A stretch of DNA of 35,610 bases from a virus (lineage: Duplodnaviria > Caudoviricetes): positions 1-35,610 of IMG/VR virus record IMGVR_UViG_3300020045_016060. One strand, 5' to 3'. Of the stretch, positions 26,319-35,610 are shown piece after piece. Within the stretch, counting starts at the first letter, position 1. Every line of letters starts with the position of its first letter. Below the pieces are notes generated by a model. The model had not been told where the DNA came from. It did no database searches and saw only the letters and a program-made list of their open reading frames with translations. The position numbers were made by a program, and so were the translations under genes.

Positions 26319-28385
26319 ATGGGTATTTTTGACGGCATTAAAGATAAGCTATTGTCATTTACTAATGACCAACCTCAACAAACAATAGAAGCAGATACAC
26401 AAGACGAAAAAGAAATGTGTGCGTTTATTAGAGGTAAGATTGAAAAAGCACGTACTAACCCTAGTAGGATCACTTTTGAAAACAATGTTATCACTAACAC
26501 CGCTTATGCTCTTGGGTATGATTCCGTATATTTTGATTCGAGGTCAAGACAGCTACGACCTTACTCCGGTACTAGCGGTTACCCTAATAAGTCTCGTGTT
26601 CATGCTAATCTTATTTTACCTACTATACAGAACAGGCTTGCGAGACTTTGCAAAAACCCACCGAGATACGATGTCCGACCAAACTCAAACGGAGTCGAAG
26701 ACAAAGACGCCGCACGATTAACACTTAAAGTTATTAATAATGTTTGGGACCGTGAGCGCATAAATGAAAAGCGCATTGATTTAGCTATGTGGCAACAACA
26801 AGGCGGGCATGCTTGGGGTAAAGTTTATTGGGACCCAATGAGGGGCCGACAAACTCCCGTCCCACCAGAGTACGATGAGATGGGCCAAGTAGTTAAAGAG
26901 GGCTCTATTGAGTACGAAGGTGATATTGGTTTTGATGTTTGTTCACCTTTAGAAATTTATGTGGATAACTTAGCGAGAAATGTGCAAGACGCTCAGTGGA
27001 TAGCGCAAGCTAAGATTAGAAAACTATCTTATTTTGCGAATCAATATGGTGAGCAGGGTAAAAGAGTTAAGCAAGAGGGCGCGTGGTTATCGAGCCTTCA
27101 AAATTTAATTAAAATTAATAATATGTCTTCTAAAACCCAAGGTGGGCAGTTCGATTCAGAGACCGAAGACTCAGCTATTGAAGTGGCGTACTACGAAAAG
27201 CCATCAATGAAGTTCCCTGAAGGTAGGATGATTATAATAGCCAATGGTGTGCTACTTTCTTACAAGTCACTACCTTGTGGAGAAATTAATTTTGTTAAGT
27301 TTGATGATATTAAAATAGGCGGTAAGTTTTTTAGTGAGTCGATCATTACTCATTTGCGACCTTTGCAGGATCAATACAATAGAAACTTAAGACGTAAAGC
27401 TGAGTTTTTAAATAAGGGTTTAAATCTTAAATTTATCGCAGCTAAAGGGCATGGATTAAGCGAAGAGTCCTTAACTGATAACACAGAGGTTCTACAATAT
27501 AATCCTGTACCAAATGGTGAGGCGCCAAAAGCTGTAACTACACCTCAGATGCCACAGTATGTTTATACAGATGGTGAGCAGTTAAAAATTGATATGGCCG
27601 AGCTCTCAGGCATCAGTGAGATTTCTAAGGGCCAATTACCGAGTGCATCTATCCCGGCAATTGGTATGCAGATACTTCAAGAGGCTGATGAGACAAGAAT
27701 TGGTATTGTAACTGAGTCAAATGAAAACTCATGGGCTGATGTTGGCAGACTTATCGCTAAATACGCAGCGAAATACTATAAAAACACACGATATTTAAAA
27801 GAGGCTGGGCAGTCTGGTGAATATACCGTTAATGAATTTACAGGCGATGATTTAAAAGACTCATTTGACGTAATTGTTATGAAGGGCTCAACACTTCCTA
27901 ATTCTAAAGTGTTAAAGCGCCAAGAATTGTTAAATGCTTATCAGCAAGGTCTTTTAGGTGACCCGAATGACCCAGCCGTAAGACGTAAATTAGTTCAATG
28001 GTTAGAATATGGGGATGTGTCTGAAATTTGGGAGGATCAGTATGTTGATGACCACCAAATTAAGCGATCAATTGATGAGATTGAGCAGGGCATACCACCT
28101 AAAATTTATCCCGATGACAATCACAAAGCACATTTTGATTTCAAAAATAGAATTAGAAAAACTGACAAGTTTTTAAATTACCCACCAGAGGTTCAGCAGA
28201 TATTTTTAGCTGATTTAGAAATGCATAAGCAATTTATAGTTCAAGAGGCTATGGCTGAGGCGGGTTCACAAGGGCCTGTACCGCCGCCTATGAATCAGCC
28301 GGTGGCAGAGGATGAAACTATGTCTTTACCGCCTGGTGAGGGTGAAATGGTTGAAGATCAACAATCCATGGAGGGATTATCATGA
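26319..28385 (+). CDS. Portal protein (P22-like)
   Basis: 688 aa between terL and the scaffold. NLILP, P......EDKDAA, VCSPLEIYVD, LRPLQDQYN and SGISEIS.G motifs; acidic/Pro tail. Confidence 0.85.
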   Translation: MGIFDGIKDKLLSFTNDQPQQTIEADTQDEKEMCAFIRGKIEKARTNPSRITFENNVITNTAYALGYDSVYFDSRSRQLRPYSGTSGYPNKSRVHANLILPTIQNRLARLCKNPPRYDVRPNSNGVEDKDAARLTLKVINNVWDRERINEKRIDLAMWQQQGGHAWGKVYWDPMRGRQTPVPPEYDEMGQVVKEGSIEYEGDIGFDVCSPLEIYVDNLARNVQDAQWIAQAKIRKLSYFANQYGEQGKRVKQEGAWLSSLQNLIKINNMSSKTQGGQFDSETEDSAIEVAYYEKPSMKFPEGRMIIIANGVLLSYKSLPCGEINFVKFDDIKIGGKFFSESIITHLRPLQDQYNRNLRRKAEFLNKGLNLKFIAAKGHGLSEESLTDNTEVLQYNPVPNGEAPKAVTTPQMPQYVYTDGEQLKIDMAELSGISEISKGQLPSASIPAIGMQILQEADETRIGIVTESNENSWADVGRLIAKYAAKYYKNTRYLKEAGQSGEYTVNEFTGDDLKDSFDVIVMKGSTLPNSKVLKRQELLNAYQQGLLGDPNDPAVRRKLVQWLEYGDVSEIWEDQYVDDHQIKRSIDEIEQGIPPKIYPDDNHKAHFDFKNRIRKTDKFLNYPPEVQQIFLADLEMHKQFIVQEAMAEAGSQGPVPPPMNQPVAEDETMSLPPGEGEMVEDQQSMEGLS

Positions 28386-28654
28386 TTAAAGATTTATTGG
28401 GTGAAATTTTAGAGGCCAAAAAAGGCAAAGCTACGATTGTTATTAATGTACAGCCAGAACACGAGAGTGAAGAGCAAGAAATGAAAAAGCAGGGTATGGC
28501 GCCTGTATTAAAAGATGAAAAAGAAGACGAGTCAGAAGAAATGGATTCTAAAGCACTTGTGAATGGTGAAGAGGATGAAATGCTTCTTAAGAAAAAAAAG
28601 GGCGTAGTCCCTAAAAATTTAGCTGAAAGAGCTAAAATGATGAGTATGGAATAA
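28382..28654 (+). CDS. Small charged hypothetical protein
   Basis: ATGA overlap with the portal. Confidence 0.6.
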   Translation: MIKDLLGEILEAKKGKATIVINVQPEHESEEQEMKKQGMAPVLKDEKEDESEEMDSKALVNGEEDEMLLKKKKGVVPKNLAERAKMMSME

Positions 28655-28696
28655 AAAGACCAACCTCAATAATGGGGAGTCATAAAGGGGATATAA

Positions 28697-29581
28697 ATGA
28701 GCTTCGAAGGACTAGCAGATCAAGCAGCGGACAAAGAAACCGCAGACGTGAGCACCGCTCAAAGCGACTCACTGAAACAACCGACCCAAGACCAAACACC
28801 AGAAACAGAACAGCAAGCCAAGACACCGAGTGAGCAAGCCTTACTCGACCTTACAAAAGCTGGTAAATTTTTAGTGGATGGTAAAGAGATGACGTGGGAT
28901 GAGCTTAATAAAGAGCGTCTTCGTCACTCTGATTACACCAAAAAAACTCAAGCATTGGCCGAAGAGCGTAAGTTCTACGATAACCTAAATGCTGATTTAA
29001 AAACGGTGAAATCAAATCCAAAACTTGTGGATGAGTTTAAGAAAACGTACCCAGAAAAGTTTCATGCTTATCTGGATTACGTAATCGAAAAACAACAGAA
29101 GCAAGACACCACTCAGTTACCTGATGAGGTAATGGAGAAGCTTAAAAGAGTAGACCATATTGATGAGCTCGAACAACGGCTAAAGTCTTTTGAAGACGAG
29201 AGACAGCAGGCCGAATCAGCCAAGATAAATAACACTCTTGAGCAATATGAACAGAAGTTTACGAAGAAATATCCGAATGCTGAAATCGGGTCTGTTTATC
29301 ATGCAATTGAAGCGCATGTTAAAAAGATGCGAGATGAAAACCCAGAGTATGGCTTTAAAGATTTAAACGAAAAAGTCATAGAGAGTTTTTATAAAAGCAC
29401 ACACGATTATTTCAATAAACGGTTCACTGAGTGGCAGAACAACCAACTTAAATCTATCAGAGAAGGTAATAAGATGGGCTCAGATATTCCACCAGGTGGT
29501 GGAGTGCCTTCAGGTGCACCAACAAAGATGCGTTTGAAGGATGTTGCTGACTCTATTATTAACGGCTCTGATTTTCAATAA
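28697..29581 (+). CDS. Capsid scaffolding protein
   Basis: Acidic disordered N-terminus, VDGKE, DYTKKTQALAEERK, coiled-coil; precedes the MCP. Confidence 0.85.
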   Translation: MSFEGLADQAADKETADVSTAQSDSLKQPTQDQTPETEQQAKTPSEQALLDLTKAGKFLVDGKEMTWDELNKERLRHSDYTKKTQALAEERKFYDNLNADLKTVKSNPKLVDEFKKTYPEKFHAYLDYVIEKQQKQDTTQLPDEVMEKLKRVDHIDELEQRLKSFEDERQQAESAKINNTLEQYEQKFTKKYPNAEIGSVYHAIEAHVKKMRDENPEYGFKDLNEKVIESFYKSTHDYFNKRFTEWQNNQLKSIREGNKMGSDIPPGGGVPSGAPTKMRLKDVADSIINGSDFQ

Positions 29582-29594
29582 ACGGAGTTAGAAA

Positions 29595-30809
29595 ATGGCA
29601 AATACTTTTCAAGGTATTTCTTCAGGTTTATACAATCTAAAGAATTTTTACCAAGGTCCTTTGAAGGATCAATTTAACGAAGACTGCCCAATTTACCGTG
29701 GTGCAGACAAATCAAAGTTTTCATGGAACGGCTACCAAGTTATTCGCCCACTACGTGTGCGTCGTAACCCTGGTATCGGTGCTGTATCTGATGGTGGTAC
29801 ACTACCAACTATTGGCGTTCAGACTGGTATACAAGCCCAGATCCAAGCGAAATATAACTACCTTCGCTTTGGTATTACTGGTCCGATGATTAAAGCTTCT
29901 AGCTCAGACAAAGGTTCATTTGTTCGCCAAGCGGCACATGAATTAGAGATGGGTTATAAGGATTTAACATCTGATGTAAACCGTCAATTGTCATGGGATG
30001 GTACAGGCGATCTAGCTCTTGTTAACGCAAGTGCAGGTCCTACAACTTCAATAGTTGTAAAAGGTCGTGAGACTGGCAGTCCTGCAATCCAATTTTTGGA
30101 TGTAGGAATGGTTGTAGATTTCTACAGCGGTTCTAGCCCTGTTGCGACTGGTATCACAATCACTGCAATTTCTGGCACGCCAAGTGGATCAACTGCGACT
30201 CTTACATTGTCTGGTAACGTAACTGTTACGGCTGATGATGTTTTGGTTCGAGCTAATTCATATGGTCAAGAGGTTCAAGGTCTTTTAACACAACTTGATG
30301 GTGCTACATCAACAGTGTTTAACATTACTCGTGCTGATTACCCAATCACACAAGGTAACGTACTTGATCTAAGCGGAGCAGCATTGTCACTTGATTCACT
30401 ACAAAACTTGCAGAACTCATGCATGCAGCGTGGTGGTGGTAAAATCAAAGCTATTTACTCAGACTTTGATTCACAACGTATGTATCAAAAGCTTTTAACG
30501 GCTGATAAGCGTTATGTGAATTCAATGAAGGGTGACGGCGGGTTTTCATCTGCTAGTGAATCATATCTTGAGTGGAATGGTATTCCTTGGGTTGCTGATA
30601 AAGATGCCCCTAAGCGCATATTCATGCTCGCACAAGATGCCATTGAAAAAATGGTTCTATGTGAAATGGAATTCGCTGATGAAACGGGTTCAATGTATAT
30701 CGCACAAACAAGTGCTGATAGCTTTGAGGTTCGTATTCGTCATTTCTTCAACTTGTTTAACTGCCAAGCATCAGCTTGTGGAGTTATTGAAGATTATGTG
30801 AGTCCATAA
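29595..30809 (+). CDS. Major capsid protein (HK97 fold)
   Basis: 404 aa after the scaffold; GGAG RBS; high-expression-like codon usage; WNGIPWVADKDAP. Confidence 0.85.
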   Translation: MANTFQGISSGLYNLKNFYQGPLKDQFNEDCPIYRGADKSKFSWNGYQVIRPLRVRRNPGIGAVSDGGTLPTIGVQTGIQAQIQAKYNYLRFGITGPMIKASSSDKGSFVRQAAHELEMGYKDLTSDVNRQLSWDGTGDLALVNASAGPTTSIVVKGRETGSPAIQFLDVGMVVDFYSGSSPVATGITITAISGTPSGSTATLTLSGNVTVTADDVLVRANSYGQEVQGLLTQLDGATSTVFNITRADYPITQGNVLDLSGAALSLDSLQNLQNSCMQRGGGKIKAIYSDFDSQRMYQKLLTADKRYVNSMKGDGGFSSASESYLEWNGIPWVADKDAPKRIFMLAQDAIEKMVLCEMEFADETGSMYIAQTSADSFEVRIRHFFNLFNCQASACGVIEDYVSP

Positions 30810-31282
30810 TGGATTCTGAGCTACAAAGGGTTAATGGTTTAGTTAAAAGGTTTGATAAAAACCTTATGGCTAGACGCTCTAAAGAGGGTGTCATTCAGGT
30901 GTGTCAATTGATACGCAAATGGCATCCTTTCGAGATTGATTCAGAAGTAGTTCTGTATCCTGAAGACGTGCCTCATTTAGTGTTTTCATTAACAGATAAT
31001 TGGGGCGTGTCAGGCAAAAAGGTTTCTTGGGGTTATTTGCCTTTGTATCAAAAGATGACAGAAATCAGCTTAGATAGACGGGATGAAATGCTCAAAGAAA
31101 TCGATATCCAAAACCAGAAAGCCCGAGAGTCAAAAGACAGAGACTTAAAGAATCATTTTGAGTCAGCAGCTTACGAAACTCGGGATATTATAAGAAAAAC
31201 ATTTAGCGACTTTAATACAGCGTCGATGAATAAGCACGACGATGTTCGTCGCAAAACAGATAGGAGTATCAAATGGCGATAG
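30809..31282 (+). CDS. Hypothetical protein coupled to the MCP
   Basis: TAATG coupling. Confidence 0.65.
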   Translation: MDSELQRVNGLVKRFDKNLMARRSKEGVIQVCQLIRKWHPFEIDSEVVLYPEDVPHLVFSLTDNWGVSGKKVSWGYLPLYQKMTEISLDRRDEMLKEIDIQNQKARESKDRDLKNHFESAAYETRDIIRKTFSDFNTASMNKHDDVRRKTDRSIKWR

Positions 31283-31695
31283 TAAATAGAGATTTAGATG
31301 CATCACAACAATCATATGTGGTGCAGAACGCGCTTGGTGCATTAGCAACAGGTGTGAGCGCATGGGTTGGCGCGGTTCCAAGTGTTGGTCAAATTTTAGA
31401 GTGGAAGTTGTCAGGTAAAGGTTTATCTGCCACTCCAGTTTATCAATTGGCCATTGCACGATGGACATCTGCTGGTATTACAAACATTGCATTAGGTTCA
31501 GCGATCACGCTTGCCGGTGCATTTGGTTTGTCTGGTGGTTTGTTGGGCGCCACATTTAACAGCGGTTCATACGCTGTTCAAGCTGGTGACGTTCTAGTTG
31601 TTAACACTTCTGGAGCTAACACTGCTGTTACTGATCTAGTAGTAAGTGTTGTTATTAAAGCAACACAAGATATCAAGAAAACTTTTGATATTTAA
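31273..31695 (+). CDS. Putative capsid decoration/cement protein
   Basis: AGGAG RBS; Ala/Gly/Val beta-rich; VQAGDVL motif; followed by hairpins. Confidence 0.6.
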   Translation: MAIVNRDLDASQQSYVVQNALGALATGVSAWVGAVPSVGQILEWKLSGKGLSATPVYQLAIARWTSAGITNIALGSAITLAGAFGLSGGLLGATFNSGSYAVQAGDVLVVNTSGANTAVTDLVVSVVIKATQDIKKTFDI

Positions 31696-31779
31696 TCGGG
31701 TCGGTTGACCTTGGTGGGTCATTCGATTTTCTTACGCTAGGCCTCTATTTAACAATGATTGTTGATTAGGGGCTTAGTG
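31694..31779 (+). terminator. Two consecutive hairpins after the capsid operon
   Basis: A weaker hairpin around TGACC/GGTCA followed by TTTT, then the long GCTAGGCCTCTA...TAGGGGCTTAGT stem. Confidence 0.45.
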
Positions 31780-31800
31780 TGAGATTTAATTTGAGGTGTT

Positions 31801-32328
31801 ATGAGTTATCCATTATTTACACCAAAATCAAGCGGCAGCTCGGGCGGCGGCGGCAGTATTTATCTCAACTGGCAGGAATATGGTAACTCGGCAGCGAGAA
31901 GTGATGCCTCTAATTTTGCTATTTATGTTTTTACAGCTACTTTAGCGCAAGAATTGTATGCATCTTTTCGGGTGCCCTCATCTTACGTGACTGGTAATCA
32001 AATAAGTCTTAAGATTTTATGGTATAGCGCCGACACATCAGGTAACGGTTTAATATCTTCTCAGAGTACATTAATAAGAGCTCAGACCGATGCCATTTCG
32101 TCAACTACAAATCAAAGAACAAGTACAAACGCGGCTGTTACATTAAGTGCAGGGACGGCAAATGAGCCACAGCCGGTAACACTAGATTTAAGTAGTTCGA
32201 CCGGGACTATTAATAGTGTGGCGATAACTGCTGGGGATTTAATTTTGATTAGAATTTATAGAAATACAGATACGGCAACAGGTGACATTAATTTTCTATT
32301 TGATTCGCACGAGGTAACATTATCATGA
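31801..32328 (+). CDS. Ser/Thr-rich putative structural protein
   Basis: GAGGTG RBS; FRVP..Y and AGDLILIRIYR..DT jelly-roll-like pattern. Confidence 0.6.
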   Translation: MSYPLFTPKSSGSSGGGGSIYLNWQEYGNSAARSDASNFAIYVFTATLAQELYASFRVPSSYVTGNQISLKILWYSADTSGNGLISSQSTLIRAQTDAISSTTNQRTSTNAAVTLSAGTANEPQPVTLDLSSSTGTINSVAITAGDLILIRIYRNTDTATGDINFLFDSHEVTLS

Positions 32329-34208
32329 AGTATCTTTTAGTTTTATTATTTAGTGTTACGGCAAGCGCCACATTAAATGATGTAGATAAGGCTCAGATTT
32401 TTAATAAGAATATATTGTCTAACGGTGGGTTTGAAAACGGAATGGCGTCCTGGAGTATTTCAGGTGGTGGTACAAGGGCGCTTATTTCTTCAGGAGATAA
32501 TTTATTAGTTGGTAAAAATACATATTCATGGGCGGCATCTGGCAGTTCTCAATACTTAACATCAACGGCAGTTACAATACCAAAGGGCATGTATGGACGT
32601 AATGGCGTGGCTAGTTGTTTAATTAAAACTGGGTCTGGGTCTGCTGTTGTTAGTGGTGATTATGTAATTACGGCCTATGATGGATCTAATATTTTATCGT
32701 CTACAAGTATTTCTATTTCTGATTATGGAGCAAGAAATTCTGCTAATTTTATATTCCCATCAAGCGGTAGTTTATCGATTCGATTTTCACGTCCATCTGG
32801 ATCTACTGATGGGCTTTATATTGATGATTGTTATCTTGGCCCGGCTGAGGGATATAATATGTCATCAGTAAGTCAGGCCCTTTTTGTTGGCAGTGCTTAT
32901 TTTGCGACTACGGCAAGTTGTACGTTTACTAGAACCAATACGGCGCTTGGATCTTTAAGTGATACTGACTGCCCTGGTCCTACGGTAGAATTTAATCCTG
33001 GTCCTGGCACAATACAGACAACCGATGCCAACGCTCCAGTGGTTACCGTTAATAGCTTGCCGCCTGGTTATTATGAGGTTTCATTTATAGGCGGCTCGGT
33101 CATCGCGACATCGGCGCAGCTTGCGTCACTTGCAATAAATGATGGGACTACGACATCCGGTCAAACTACGGCGCCAAATTTAACCACAGCAACATCAAAT
33201 TTTAAAGTTACCGGATATTTTTCTTATAGCACAACGGCTAATAGATCATTTGAGTTGTACGCGTCGAGCGCAGCGAACGCTTTTAATATAGATTTAACAG
33301 CAAGCAATCAACGGCTATATTTCAGCATAAAGAGATTCCCGGCATCTAATGAACAAGCATACAGACCGGACCTAATCTCTAGTTCTTGGAGTGGTTACCA
33401 TGCAAGTACATGCTCATGGAATACAACTTCTACAAGTTTTGCTACACCTACTGGGGATGCAACTTGCACTCTCACAGAAGTAACTAATCAAAATTTCGGT
33501 ACAGTTTCAACGGCAACTGATGGCACTGGCCCAATCCCTAAAATTTCTTTTACACCCGTTCGCGCGGGCAGGTATTCAGTATGCGCAACTGTAATTCTCA
33601 CCCATAGCGTTGATGGTGGTACATCATATTCAAGAATAATAGATAATAGTTCGGTAGAATTAGATGCGGCAGCGGGTTCAATTAGTGGTACAGGCGGTCA
33701 TTTTACACATAAACTTTGTGGGATATATGTAGCCACTGGTACATCAGCACACACTGCAACGGTTCAAATATCCACTAGTACTGGCACTACGACAATTACA
33801 GATCCAAGCGCCACGGGACCTACTCTAAATCCGATACAGTGGGAGATATTTCAAATCGATCAAAACATACCAGCGCCCGCAATTGTAAATAGTGTGGTGA
33901 GCACTCGAAGTGCTGTGACTAAAATAAACAGTGCTGACATAGCAACTACAGGTACAGTTTCAAATGAGAGTGGCGATTGGATAAGTGGTAACTGCACGAA
34001 CGCAAGCCCTATGGTTTGTACGCTTAACTCAGGTATTTATTCAGCGACACCTCATTGTTGGACTAGCGTGAATGACACAGGGTCAAGTAGTACTTGTCAG
34101 ACATCTCCTAGCTCTTCAACGTCAGTCTCATTAAGGTGTACAAATGATGCAGGGTCGGCAACTACAACTTCAATAAATAAGCAATTGTTTTGCATGGGAG
34201 TACCATGA
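32325..34208 (+). CDS. Ser/Thr-rich fibre/spike-like protein with signal peptide and CBM-like domain
   Basis: MKYLLVLLFSVTASA signal; NILSNGGFENG...W...LYIDD CBM-like domain; paired Cys; H-type-lectin-like C-terminus. Confidence 0.6.
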   Translation: MKYLLVLLFSVTASATLNDVDKAQIFNKNILSNGGFENGMASWSISGGGTRALISSGDNLLVGKNTYSWAASGSSQYLTSTAVTIPKGMYGRNGVASCLIKTGSGSAVVSGDYVITAYDGSNILSSTSISISDYGARNSANFIFPSSGSLSIRFSRPSGSTDGLYIDDCYLGPAEGYNMSSVSQALFVGSAYFATTASCTFTRTNTALGSLSDTDCPGPTVEFNPGPGTIQTTDANAPVVTVNSLPPGYYEVSFIGGSVIATSAQLASLAINDGTTTSGQTTAPNLTTATSNFKVTGYFSYSTTANRSFELYASSAANAFNIDLTASNQRLYFSIKRFPASNEQAYRPDLISSSWSGYHASTCSWNTTSTSFATPTGDATCTLTEVTNQNFGTVSTATDGTGPIPKISFTPVRAGRYSVCATVILTHSVDGGTSYSRIIDNSSVELDAAAGSISGTGGHFTHKLCGIYVATGTSAHTATVQISTSTGTTTITDPSATGPTLNPIQWEIFQIDQNIPAPAIVNSVVSTRSAVTKINSADIATTGTVSNESGDWISGNCTNASPMVCTLNSGIYSATPHCWTSVNDTGSSSTCQTSPSSSTSVSLRCTNDAGSATTTSINKQLFCMGVP

Positions 34209-34282
34209 CATTAGTCGCAGTTTCATTCAGTCAGTCAAATCCCATTATAAGTCTCATGGTGTTCAGCGCCCGGAGTTGTTAA
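34205..34282 (+). pseudogene. Possible orphaned N-terminal stub of the glycosyltransferase
   Basis: ATGA-coupled to the fibre gene with GGAG RBS. Reads MTLVAVSFSQSNPIISL, then runs into inverted sequence and stops. Confidence 0.35.
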
Positions 34283-35608
34283 ATCATGGCACCATAAAAA
34301 TGTAGGCGCGTTTGTTAACTTAATATTGTGGCGCCAAGCAAAGTGCACTTTAGGCTCAAACTCTGTGAAATATTCGTATGCCATTTGTGAAGGTTTATAA
34401 ATAACCCCACTCTCACACACCTTTTCACCCTCTCTAGTGTTAAACACGATTACATTTCTATCTGTGGTCTTTTTAATGTGTCTTGCGACCTCAATAAGAG
34501 CCGTTTCAGACCCACCAAAACCTTTTGATTTGTACAACTCCTCATCAAATGGGTATGGGTGAGAACCTTGAATACAAGTAAATACAACATCCTCAGTTTT
34601 CTGCTTTGTTGTGGTCGCATGCTTATTCATTCTCTCTTTTAAATTTAAAAACTCAGTGAGCATTTTCTGAGTGTCTGGGTGATTAAATTTTTTCAAAGAC
34701 TCCGTTGCATCAATTATCGCGCCATCTAAATCATTATTTTTAAACTTAATACGTGAAATCATATCCATTGGGACGTGCTCATATGCCGAATGGTTTAAAA
34801 ATAAAAAGCCATTTGTATTATCAACAGCCTTAGAACATCTAGTCGCCGCTCCATACATAGGGATTGCATCTCTCTCACGATCCATTTTCACTAAGCAGTC
34901 ACCGGCTAAACAATAAAACTCAGCCCGATTGGGTGCTAACGCCATACCCTGACAAGCAAGACTTAAACCCTTCGCTAAAAGATGTTTATTTCTCAATTCA
35001 GGACTTTTATATTCTTCTTCTTGAAAATATCTATGTAGACAAGACTTTATTAGATATTCAAAAGTAAGAATCCTATCGTGTGTCTCAAGTTTTGGGTTAT
35101 CGCATACTTGATCTAGCCAAACATAACCCTCTTGAAATCTATTCTTATCGCAAAGCTCTTTACCGTAATAAAATTTAAGCCTTGGTGGGAGCTCACCTTC
35201 TTTAGCGACTTTTTCTAGCATCGATACGTTACGAGAAAAGTCTTTTTCATAGTCTTGAGCCGTACGACGATGGTTCACAGTCCAATTAGTCGCCATCTGA
35301 GCCATGACTTTTTCTTCAGGTATCATGCCCTCGTGAATAAAATACTTCCAAGAAAATTTCTTCGATGTTTTTATAACTCTTTCACGTAAAAACGTGCAAT
35401 TTGGCTTACCACGCTCATCAAATGAATAATGATACTGTGCTAACCAAAAATCAGACAAAATCATGACCTCATCACGCCATAATTTGAAGTTTTCTTTACT
35501 TGATAAAGCATCATCCAGGTCTAACCACATAACAAAGTCAGTTTTAACACCTTCCATTGAATAATTTCTAGCCGCAGCGAAATCATCAATCCATGTAAAG
35601 CGTTTTAA
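34235..35608 (-). CDS. GT2 + TPR-like + start of GT-B glycosyltransferase; open to the window edge and truncated at its 3' end
   Basis: Frame extends past the track start: LKRFTWIDDFAAARNYS...WLDLDD. Also IHE, helical TPR-like middle (PNRAEFY), GGSETALI and WCHD. Confidence 0.85.
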   Translation of the reverse strand, partial: LKRFTWIDDFAAARNYSMEGVKTDFVMWLDLDDALSSKENFKLWRDEVMILSDFWLAQYHYSFDERGKPNCTFLRERVIKTSKKFSWKYFIHEGMIPEEKVMAQMATNWTVNHRRTAQDYEKDFSRNVSMLEKVAKEGELPPRLKFYYGKELCDKNRFQEGYVWLDQVCDNPKLETHDRILTFEYLIKSCLHRYFQEEEYKSPELRNKHLLAKGLSLACQGMALAPNRAEFYCLAGDCLVKMDRERDAIPMYGAATRCSKAVDNTNGFLFLNHSAYEHVPMDMISRIKFKNNDLDGAIIDATESLKKFNHPDTQKMLTEFLNLKERMNKHATTTKQKTEDVVFTCIQGSHPYPFDEELYKSKGFGGSETALIEVARHIKKTTDRNVIVFNTREGEKVCESGVIYKPSQMAYEYFTEFEPKVHFAWRHNIKLTNAPTFLWCHDLTTPGAEHHETYNGI

Positions 35609-35610
35609 GT

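Noticed and set aside
32325-34208. Diversity-generating retroelement or shufflon acting on the fibre gene
   Set aside because: No reverse transcriptase, template/variable repeat pair, recombinase or alternative C-terminal cassettes were seen.
1-35610. Alternative genetic code or stop-codon reassignment explaining split genes
   Set aside because: Long genes are intact under the standard code and TAA, TAG and TGA all end coupled genes; the terL halves are 1 kb apart.

Overview
This window looks like a near-complete (~35.6 kb) genome of a tailed dsDNA phage with a podovirus/P22-like layout, apparently opened inside a glycosyltransferase gene. Order: head-tail adaptor, two tandem paralogous tail-nozzle genes, putative ejection proteins, NlpC/P60 lysis cassette, a leftward recombination block (HNH, RusA-like, Gp157, ERF), an XRE regulator followed by many tiny coupled ORFs, a methyltransferase/2OG-Fe(II) oxygenase/glycosyltransferase block, terS, DNA methyltransferase, terL, portal, scaffold, major capsid and Ser/Thr-rich structural genes. 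Most unusual points: (1) terL is split into separate ATPase and nuclease genes with two structural-looking genes between them. (2) A large GT2-TPR-GT4 glycosyltransferase seems internally inverted (N-terminal stub on +, middle on -, C-terminus on + at the window start). (3) The nozzle gene is duplicated. (4) There is a possible virion-protein glycosylation system, plus a fibre-like protein with a signal peptide. (5) No replication or integration gene is recognisable. One ORF in the supplied track (16073..16459) has the wrong strand. All calls come from motif recognition by eye; no searches were run.
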